A stretch of DNA of 64,000 bases from the IMG/VR virus record IMGVR_UViG_3300001679_000053, positions 38,519-102,518 of that record. One strand, 5' to 3'. Made by a program: the position numbers and the translations under genes. The notes under the pieces are model-generated. The model was not told the DNA's origin. It was given only the letters and a program-made list of their open reading frames with translations, and ran no database searches. Each line of letters opens with the position of its first letter. The stretch's first letter is position 1. Below, one piece after another: positions 48,581 through 55,664 of this stretch. The stretch is from a virus.

Positions 48581-48684
48581 GTTTAAAAACCCTCCATATT
48601 ATATAAGTTTTATGTTTTGGCGGATAGCAAAAAAGGTACGCGCTCCCATAAATGAGAACACGCAACAGTCCCGCCATCCGCTTA

Positions 48685-48691
48685 TAAATAG
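48685..48691 (-). promoter_or_regulatory. putative late promoter motif CTANTTA
   Basis: CTATTTA before structured leader. Confidence 0.5.
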
Positions 48692-48712
48692 GCTCTTCGT
48701 CCTTCTTTCGCG

Positions 48713-49462
48713 TCAATAAATAAAGTATTTGGTGGCGCCATCACAATATAGCTGGAGTGCTGCATAAGGTGACCCTAAAACAACTGTATTTTGACCATCA
48801 ATTTTATCGGCGCCAGAGCCGGAAATGGTGATTGCGTTGGTGTCTGAGTTGCCACCTTCGTCTTTCAAAACCAGAGTTTGTCCGCTAGTGAGAGCAGCTG
48901 CATTTGGGAGAGTAATTTTTACTGTTCCGCCGGTTGTATCTACACCTATGTAATAGTCTGTTATGGAGATGGTATAATCGCCTGTGACTGTGTGGCGCTT
49001 ATGAATTAATGCTCCACTTAAAAAACTACCGCCCACTACTGATAAAGTGGCTGGCGCTGTGCCGGAGGCGCCCACCTTTATACTACTCGTAGTGTAAGCA
49101 TTGCTAGGGGAAGTTTCTCTGAAGATGCCGGCGCCGGTGGCTCCACCGGGAAGATTTGTTAAACGGCTGCCGTCCCCTTCAAAATAAGATGCGGACACGG
49201 ACACGGACGCGGTGAGATCGCCGGTAACGACCAGGGACCCTCCATCGAATGTTAAATTCGACTCACAGACAAGGGTGTTTGCATCGCCGCTCACATTGGT
49301 TATAAGTGCGTTATTTGTCGCATTGGAAACCCGCGGAATATTGATTAAATTAGCACCATCTGAAGTGCTCAAATTACCGGAAACTATATTTCCTACAACT
49401 AAATCGCCAGGAATATAGTTCTGCGCAGCTATTAACGTTCCAGATACTGCATTATACGCCAT
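48713..49462 (-). CDS. fibre/decoration-like virion protein (MAYN family)
   Basis: MAYN start; FEGDGSRLTNL; shared C-terminal domain. Confidence 0.7.
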   Translation of the reverse strand: MAYNAVSGTLIAAQNYIPGDLVVGNIVSGNLSTSDGANLINIPRVSNATNNALITNVSGDANTLVCESNLTFDGGSLVVTGDLTASVSVSASYFEGDGSRLTNLPGGATGAGIFRETSPSNAYTTSSIKVGASGTAPATLSVVGGSFLSGALIHKRHTVTGDYTISITDYYIGVDTTGGTVKITLPNAAALTSGQTLVLKDEGGNSDTNAITISGSGADKIDGQNTVVLGSPYAALQLYCDGATKYFIY

Positions 49463-49479
49463 CTGTAGGATCCCTCACA

Positions 49480-49486
49480 TAATTAG
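49480..49486 (-). promoter_or_regulatory. putative late promoter motif CTANTTA
   Basis: CTAATTA upstream of 49462 start. Confidence 0.55.
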
Positions 49487-49537
49487 TTTTATAAAGCCTC
49501 TAAGCTAATATTAGTTTTATAAAGTCTCTAAGCTAAT
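49482..49537. repeat. intergenic 28-bp direct tandem repeat x2
   Basis: ATTAGTTTTATAAAG(C/T)CTCTAAGCTAAT twice, one mismatch. Confidence 0.9.
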
Positions 49538-50187
49538 TAGAAGACAAACCAATTGGTGCCGTTAGAATATAAACTAATTGCAGGCATTGACCCAGTTAAA
49601 GTGTAGGAGTTGGCGCCATCGATAGTCGTACCATACGCAGCCGAAAGAATAATATTAGTTCCAGCGCGAGAAGTAGCTTCGTCTTTTACAATTAAAAGCG
49701 CTCCGCCGAGATAAGTAGAAGCGCTTGGAATCTCAATACGAACATTGTTTACGTTGGTGACGCCCATTATGTAACTCGGGGCGCTAGCAGTATAGCTGAC
49801 TGTGGAAACCGCTTCGTAAAGACCACGAAACCCTCTCACCTGTACAGCTTCAGTAGTATTATCGACGCGCAGAATAAGCGTATCGTCAGATTTGCCAACC
49901 TGCAGACTTCCTGTCCTAATATGGACATCGTCATTGGTATCCCCAAAGAATGTGGAGCCGCTAGCATCGATCTCGGTCACATTCTTGATATGGTAGTGAC
50001 TGGCACTGATGGTGCCTGAGACGTTGAGTGTTCCCGTTAGATGAAGGGTGTTCGTTCCTGTTGTGAACATAAATCGAGCGGAGCCGCTCGTCGCGTTAGT
50101 TCCTGTTAGAAACTGCACCGATCCTATTGGGCCGGCCATCGACGTGGAGCCCGAACAATCTACATATGCCCAACGAAATCGTGCCAC
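49537..50187 (-). CDS. fibre/decoration-like virion protein
   Basis: GSTFFGDTNDDVH.RTGS motif; shared C-terminal VKDE..TIDG..LYSNGTNWFVF; likely GTG start at 50187. Confidence 0.65.
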   Translation of the reverse strand: MARFRWAYVDCSGSTSMAGPIGSVQFLTGTNATSGSARFMFTTGTNTLHLTGTLNVSGTISASHYHIKNVTEIDASGSTFFGDTNDDVHIRTGSLQVGKSDDTLILRVDNTTEAVQVRGFRGLYEAVSTVSYTASAPSYIMGVTNVNNVRIEIPSASTYLGGALLIVKDEATSRAGTNIILSAAYGTTIDGANSYTLTGSMPAISLYSNGTNWFVF

Positions 50188-50189
50188 TA

Positions 50190-50630
50190 TTAACCGACCC
50201 CTATGGAGCCCGACCAACTAGGTCCAAGTGAACCACTTGTTTTGTTCTTGTTGATGCTGGTGAGTCCCGCGACAACTTGAACACTTGTAGCTTGTGCGGG
50301 TGAATAAAGCCAAATTTCCGAAACCTTCAGTTCAAGCCGGCCGCTACTTGTTTGTCCACCATTAGTTGCGTCCGCTTTAGGAATTGTAAAAAAGTAGCTA
50401 TTTGAAACGTGGCTTCCGCTCACTCCGTTTTCTGAAAACCCCACTCGTACGGGCTGTGCGCTAGTGTTTATAATCTGCACCCAGCGTGTAACAAGCGGAA
50501 ACTCTACCTTTTGTGCGGTAGATGCGTTAATGTTGCCACTAGCGAATGGGCGGCCGCTTACCTCATAGGCACCCACATGATTGATACCTACTTCTGCTGG
50601 CCAGCGCATTGTGGGACTATTATTTGCCAT
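50190..50630 (-). CDS. putative virion structural protein
   Basis: beta-rich; VGAYEVSGRPF..FP.VTRW; AGGAG RBS. Confidence 0.55.
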   Translation of the reverse strand: MANNSPTMRWPAEVGINHVGAYEVSGRPFASGNINASTAQKVEFPLVTRWVQIINTSAQPVRVGFSENGVSGSHVSNSYFFTIPKADATNGGQTSSGRLELKVSEIWLYSPAQATSVQVVAGLTSINKNKTSGSLGPSWSGSIGVG

Positions 50631-50663
50631 AATTCAAAACTCCTTTAATTTTTAGCTTTACTA

Positions 50664-50670
50664 TAAATAG
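50664..50670 (-). promoter_or_regulatory. putative late promoter motif CTANTTA
   Basis: ACTATTTATA downstream of rpsU. Confidence 0.55.
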
Positions 50671-50673
50671 TGT

Positions 50674-50907
50674 CTATTTTTTTCTATTGCGTCTTTGTTG
50701 TAGTCTTAGATGTTTTTGTTCATCTCGGATCCGGCGGCGTTCTGCTTTTTGGCGCTTTTGGCGCTTAGCATCAGATGGCTTGGTATACCTTCTACGTTCC
50801 TTCACCTCTTCAACAATCTTCTCTTTCTTTGTCTTCTTGATAAATCTCTTGATCATTCTCTCATGATTTCCACGGCATTCTTTTGCGCGGACAACAACAT
50901 TAGCCAT
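50674..50907 (-). CDS. rpsU: 30S ribosomal protein bS21 (phage-encoded)
   Basis: V.V.....ERMIKRFIKK.KKE.I.EE.KERRRYTKPS..KR.K signature; start 50907. Confidence 0.88.
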   Translation of the reverse strand: MANVVVRAKECRGNHERMIKRFIKKTKKEKIVEEVKERRRYTKPSDAKRQKRQKAERRRIRDEQKHLRLQQRRNRKK

Positions 50908-50912
50908 TATTC

Positions 50913-51332
50913 CTACTTCATTGCGTTCCACACATGTGAAGCGCCTCCTACTAGTGAACTAATGTCAACACCCGCATCCCGGGAGCTTCCTAGATCGACT
51001 GAGCCGGCTGCTGTGCCAGCGTTTTCTTCTCTGGACATAGGCGCTGTGCCTTCAAATAAATCCATCCCATTGTATGCATCTTTGCCAATGGAGTCCATTA
51101 ACTCTTGACGGCGAGCATTCATCTTTTGGCGCGACTCTTTCATCTTGCGAGCCTCTGCAGCGCGATTTGGTGGTGTCGGGGTGGCGGCACGTGACTCCAC
51201 TAGTGGCTTTGCTTGCATGCCTTGAACTACTTCGGATACAATGTTCGATAACATTCCTTCCTCTATAAGAACTTCATGTATGCATTCTTTTACTAGTGGT
51301 TTGATTAGTTGTTTTAAATCTGATTTTTTCAT
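50913..51332 (-). CDS. hypothetical head-module protein with amphipathic leader
   Basis: MKKSDLKQLIKPLVKECIHEVLIEE. Confidence 0.65.
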   Translation of the reverse strand: MKKSDLKQLIKPLVKECIHEVLIEEGMLSNIVSEVVQGMQAKPLVESRAATPTPPNRAAEARKMKESRQKMNARRQELMDSIGKDAYNGMDLFEGTAPMSREENAGTAAGSVDLGSSRDAGVDISSLVGGASHVWNAMK

Positions 51333-52885
51333 AATACTCTCTTGTTAATTCCTGCGATCGTTTGCCAACGATCATATGTTTCTTGAAGTGGTCCCGTGGG
51401 TCCCCGGTTTTGTGTACCGATTCGGGGAGTTGTTCGGGTCGCGCGCGGGCGGCTAGCCAGTTCGGAAGGCGCGGCGGAGCCGGGCTCAGGGGAATCCGCT
51501 GGATCCGTGGGGGGTGGCGCGCCAAGATCATTACGCACCCATGCAACGGCCGCCTTGAGCGCTTCCACACCTGCTTTAATTGTAGGAGATGGCGCATGTT
51601 CAAGCACCTCCAAAACAACATCTATATAGTTCTTCCCGTCGTCATTCTTGGCGTAGACAGCGGTGCGGATATATTCTTCGGGAACGTGTTCATAGAGTTC
51701 CTTCACACCGTTAACGGCTTTACCAGCTTTGAGAGCTTTGAATCCCTTGTCCCCGACTGCCATGGCTTTTGTGGCGGTAGCAAGTGCTTTTCCTGTTTTC
51801 CCAGTGGTTGCAACAGTTTTAGCTATCTTGCCTAGCCTTCCAAGTTTAGCAAATTTACCGACCACCGGAACTAAGGCAATTAAATCCAACATAGCCCAAC
51901 CTATTTTCTTCTGGTATAGATTTAAACCCAGGCTGGCAAGCGTAGCAGCAGACGGTATGAGGGTTGCTTCTGCGCCAGGGAACAGACCGGCGGCGCCGAC
52001 TATGTCCAATGTCGATCCCATTATCGCTAATGCTTTTTCCTTCATGGGGGATTCTTCATCTTCTTCCTCGGCTTCATCGGCAGGTGTGTCGGGCTCCTCT
52101 TCTCCGGTTTGTCCTGGGAGATTCCAAGTTGGTTGCTCAGTATCTTTGTTCCAATAAAAGGGTGTGCCGTCGGCGGATGCCCACTCTTCCCAGGTATCAT
52201 TCAGATGTCCCACAAAGGTCTCGCCGTTTGGACCGGTCAAGTACACCGGTTCTGGCTCAGGGCCAGGTCCGAGGGCATCGCCACCAATAGTGGTCGACTC
52301 TTCATCGGGAGGCTCGTCGGAGGTGGCGGTGGCACCCTGTGATACGTCATCACGGGGATCAGTGGTGTTGACAACCGAAGTGGCGGCTACAGGAGGAGCA
52401 GTAAACTTAACTGAATTAACGCGGCCCCAATAGTTTAAAGCTTTTATAAGAGCGGTGTTCTCTGCATCTGGGAGATTCCAGCCGGCTATTGTCTTCAGTA
52501 TCAGTGCTGTTCCTGCTGAGTCAATGATGCGATCCTGTTCGCTATTTAGTCCCTTTAAGCTTAATTCTAGCATGATGCCTTCATCACCGGCAATCTGAGC
52601 TATCACATCAATTAATGCTTGGATGTATTCCGGGTCTAAGGGGGGAGTAAGCCGGCCAAGAACCTGTTTCAAGGAATCCCGCTTGTATTCAGAGTTTAGA
52701 CCGGTGCTCACGTCTGGGTAATCGCTAGCTTGTGGGTCTTCTTCGGGTTCCTCCCAGTGATCTTCAGTATCATAGCCACTATCTCTCAGCCTCTGTGCGA
52801 GCGCGCTGGTCTCCTCAGACAAAAAGTTACGCCAATTTTCGTGGAGCAATTGCTGTCCTTCAAAGCTTGACCAGCTTTTAGTCAT
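51329..52885 (-). CDS. putative internal head protein with WW domain and pre-toxin-like segment
   Basis: LLHENWRNFLSEE leader; WEEWASADGTPFYWNKDTEQPTWNLP; LDLIALVPVVGK; ends PLQE..RWQTIAGI. Confidence 0.6.
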   Translation of the reverse strand: MTKSWSSFEGQQLLHENWRNFLSEETSALAQRLRDSGYDTEDHWEEPEEDPQASDYPDVSTGLNSEYKRDSLKQVLGRLTPPLDPEYIQALIDVIAQIAGDEGIMLELSLKGLNSEQDRIIDSAGTALILKTIAGWNLPDAENTALIKALNYWGRVNSVKFTAPPVAATSVVNTTDPRDDVSQGATATSDEPPDEESTTIGGDALGPGPEPEPVYLTGPNGETFVGHLNDTWEEWASADGTPFYWNKDTEQPTWNLPGQTGEEEPDTPADEAEEEDEESPMKEKALAIMGSTLDIVGAAGLFPGAEATLIPSAATLASLGLNLYQKKIGWAMLDLIALVPVVGKFAKLGRLGKIAKTVATTGKTGKALATATKAMAVGDKGFKALKAGKAVNGVKELYEHVPEEYIRTAVYAKNDDGKNYIDVVLEVLEHAPSPTIKAGVEALKAAVAWVRNDLGAPPPTDPADSPEPGSAAPSELASRPRATRTTPRIGTQNRGPTGPLQETYDRWQTIAGINKRVL

Positions 52886-53486
52886 TGTCCAACACCTCAT
52901 TTAGCAGTCTGTTAATTTTATCTGCTTTGGTGAGGATATTAGTGGGCTGTAAATCTTTTGCCTCCTTCATCATGAAGGCGTTCGGGGTAGATGGCTCGGA
53001 TACAAAGTCAAAACAAATCAATTGGAAGTCATCTTCTACGATGGTCTGCCCTTGTTGCTCAGTCACGGAGCCCATGCCTCGCGAGGAGATCCCTAGTTTA
53101 ACACCCGACTCTACTAAGGAGCGAAGAATGCCACCAGAAGGTGTGTTAAGTACTTTTACTTTGCCCATAACATTTTTGTTATCCCACCAAACTTCAGTAA
53201 TAAGGTGAGATGCATTTTTCAAATTGATCACTGAATCATCGGGATGGTCTAATTCACCAAGGGCGCGCTGTTCGTTTACCAGTTTGGTATAATTCTTCAT
53301 CTCGCGCATTAAAATTTTATGCGGATAAACTCTTCCGTTTCCATTTTGAACATCTGCCTCTTGAAGTTTGCCGCTTAAAATCATGCCTCCGTCGGCGACA
53401 TATCGTTTTTCGGCCTCGTTCAAAAGATCCTGACAGACGCCGCCTTCGCATAGCTCATAATACTCTCTTAAAAGTTTCTGACCCAT
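52878..53486 (-). CDS. prohead core protease (T4 gp21-like)
   Basis: NGNGRVYP, ALGELDHP, GISSRGMGS, DFVSEPST. Confidence 0.95.
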   Translation of the reverse strand: MGQKLLREYYELCEGGVCQDLLNEAEKRYVADGGMILSGKLQEADVQNGNGRVYPHKILMREMKNYTKLVNEQRALGELDHPDDSVINLKNASHLITEVWWDNKNVMGKVKVLNTPSGGILRSLVESGVKLGISSRGMGSVTEQQGQTIVEDDFQLICFDFVSEPSTPNAFMMKEAKDLQPTNILTKADKINRLLNEVLDND

Positions 53487-53488
53487 AG

Positions 53489-53557
53489 CTAACTTCCCTT
53501 ACAGCAGTGACGGACTGGCTGCAGCATCCACTTATTTGTCCAAATGTTTGTGTTCAT
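53489..53557 (-). CDS. putative 22-aa small ORF (MNTNIWTNKWMLQPVRHCCKGS)
   Basis: GGAG RBS 7 nt upstream; fills gap and stops 2 nt before protease ATG. Confidence 0.4.
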   Translation of the reverse strand: MNTNIWTNKWMLQPVRHCCKGS

Positions 53558-53840
53558 ATTTAACTCCGTGGTCTCCAAAGACCATATTTAAAATGTAAGA
53601 TGTTCCTGACGACACCCATCCAAGTAGGAAAAAGTTAACGACGGAAACGTCATAGCTAAATAGTTCCGTAAAGGGAGAAAGTAGCATTAAAAACCAACCT
53701 ACATGAAATCCCATGCACATCGGACATTTAAAAAGCTTTCCTAGCCTTCCTTTGGCGGGCCTTATTCTATCGAATATTGTACCATATACAATGATTTGTG
53801 TTAAGCCGTAAGCGCACAGTATGAATGTTAGTAATTCCAT
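53532..53840 (-). CDS. membrane protein with CxxC, DUF1360-like
   Basis: LT.IIV...IFDRIR...LFKCPMCMGFHVG; three hydrophobic segments. Confidence 0.65.
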   Translation of the reverse strand: MELLTFILCAYGLTQIIVYGTIFDRIRPAKGRLGKLFKCPMCMGFHVGWFLMLLSPFTELFSYDVSVVNFFLLGWVSSGTSYILNMVFGDHGVKYEHKHLDK

Positions 53841-54298
53841 TATTTTTTAACCGCGTGCTGGTTAAACTTGCTACCTAAAAATGCTTGCAGTTCATCATCC
53901 ACTACCGGTATAGGATCTGTGGGTTGAGCACTCTCTAATGAGGCAATCAAATCATTTAAAAATGCGGTCTCAACATTATCATCAACAATAGCCGATATAT
54001 CATCGTTCACATTTAACAAGTCCAGCCCCGTGTTGCTCTTAAACCCATCATCTGCTCCATATAATTTTTTCATAATATCGCGGGCGTCTTTGGCGCCCTG
54101 CCATAAAGAATAAATATTGCTTATGCCCGGGACTTGCTGGATAGCTACATCCGCGGCCATCTTTCCTGCTTCTTTACCTGCTTCTTTGGCTCTGTAAATT
54201 TTTATGGCTTTTCTCAGGTCACCGACTGTCGTAATCTTAGTTTCTTCGGTAACAACAAACTTGTCCCAGTTTTCCATTATAACTTTCATTTCGGACAT
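53840..54298 (-). CDS. putative internal head protein
   Basis: MKVIMENWDKFVVTEE leader. Confidence 0.55.
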   Translation of the reverse strand: MSEMKVIMENWDKFVVTEETKITTVGDLRKAIKIYRAKEAGKEAGKMAADVAIQQVPGISNIYSLWQGAKDARDIMKKLYGADDGFKSNTGLDLLNVNDDISAIVDDNVETAFLNDLIASLESAQPTDPIPVVDDELQAFLGSKFNQHAVKK

Positions 54299-54307
54299 GG
54301 GTAACTC

Positions 54308-54847
54308 CTATACTGTATACAAATAATTCGCGCCGTACGAGTTACGAACGTATCCAGGTCTGATCGATCCCTTCTCTACATTTTGTGGTACATCGCCAAG
54401 TTCAGTAGAATCAGCCTTGTCAGGGTGAAGGAGTTCGTCGTCTGTCATAGAGATAATTGCATCCGTGCTTTCAAAGTAGGGGCGTTCTTCATCAATAAAA
54501 TTTGATATGTTAATAAGCGTGAGTTTTGCGGGGCTAATCTTTTCAGAAGCGGACTCTTGCATTGTTGCTTCAAAAGAACCAAAGAAGGAGCCAGCCTTAA
54601 TTGACTCTGGGACAATCAGTCCGCGCTTTTGAAGATGGGTAAAGAGTCGGTTTTGTGCACCATACACCATATCGGTAATAACATCTTTTGGAAAAGCAAT
54701 AACTTTATTAGCTGATGGGGATAACACAATATCAATATCTCCGTGATCAAATACCATCACATCTCCGCTAATACTCTTTCGGGCGTCGAGTTCAAGTCTA
54801 ACTTTCTTTTCGTTTGACTTCTCGCCAACTTTAATTATTATGGCCAT
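54308..54847 (-). CDS. hypothetical head-module protein
   Basis: 179-aa ORF, overlapping operon packing. Confidence 0.6.
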   Translation of the reverse strand: MAIIIKVGEKSNEKKVRLELDARKSISGDVMVFDHGDIDIVLSPSANKVIAFPKDVITDMVYGAQNRLFTHLQKRGLIVPESIKAGSFFGSFEATMQESASEKISPAKLTLINISNFIDEERPYFESTDAIISMTDDELLHPDKADSTELGDVPQNVEKGSIRPGYVRNSYGANYLYTV

Positions 54848-55664
54848 CAGTAGACATCTCCTTTGCTAGTTTTTGGGTTTTTAGGATAGTCGTGAGCATC
54901 TTTTCGTTCATTCCCGCTTGGGCATATGAATCAAGTATGGTCAAAACCTGCTTGCTTTTCTCCACCATATCAGGATCTTCCTTAACATATTTACTCTGGC
55001 GTGCTGCAGCCATGATATCTTTCAGGCGTGAGATCTCTTCATTTAAAAACGTTTTTAACCCCAGCGCATTGTCAGAAAAAGAAGCGATGTAATGAGCTAA
55101 AAGTTCTTTTTGCTCGTCTAACAGTTCTCCTTCATATTTGTCATTAAACTTCTTAACAAAAGTTCTATAAACAACATTGTCTATTTGTTCTGCAATCTGT
55201 GATGGGTCTCTCTTTTCTCGCATCTCTGCAATCACCTGATTCTCTAAAATGACGCGCTGTTTTGGTGTGGTCGTATCAGAGAAGATTTGTGCTATAGTCG
55301 CAAGAGTCTTGTAATTGGGAACGAAGTTCTTAAAAATAGAAGGAGAGAGAGATTTATTTACCTCATGGATAAGTGCGGTCTGTGCCGCAAATAATTCCTG
55401 TGTAGGAATTAGCGCTCGTTGGCGCTTGCACTCTTTTAAAATCTTTTGGTGTGTCTCGGTATCTAGATCCTGATTTTCATACAATGAACGATAACACTCT
55501 AGTTCTTTCTTTAAAGAAGTGTTGACAGAAAAATGTTTCTTGACAATCTCTATAATTGTCTTTTGAGTCTTGGCGTCACCTCTGAGAATAGCTACTGTAT
55601 TTTCTCGAATGAGTGCCTCATATACAAATGCGGTGTTACGCTTTTTGTTGTGTCTTATCTTCAT
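54831..55664 (-). CDS. hypothetical protein downstream of portal
   Basis: 277 aa helical; KHNKKRNT-type start. Confidence 0.65.
   Translation of the reverse strand: MKIRHNKKRNTAFVYEALIRENTVAILRGDAKTQKTIIEIVKKHFSVNTSLKKELECYRSLYENQDLDTETHQKILKECKRQRALIPTQELFAAQTALIHEVNKSLSPSIFKNFVPNYKTLATIAQIFSDTTTPKQRVILENQVIAEMREKRDPSQIAEQIDNVVYRTFVKKFNDKYEGELLDEQKELLAHYIASFSDNALGLKTFLNEEISRLKDIMAAARQSKYVKEDPDMVEKSKQVLTILDSYAQAGMNEKMLTTILKTQKLAKEMSTDGHNN

Noticed and set aside
49482-49537. Possible CRISPR mini-array
   Set aside because: Only two abutting repeats, no spacer and no cas genes.
48683-50669. T4 late promoter TATAAATA at 48683 and 50662
   Set aside because: It lies on the non-coding strand; better explained as the reverse complement of CTATTTATA, whose central base varies across copies.
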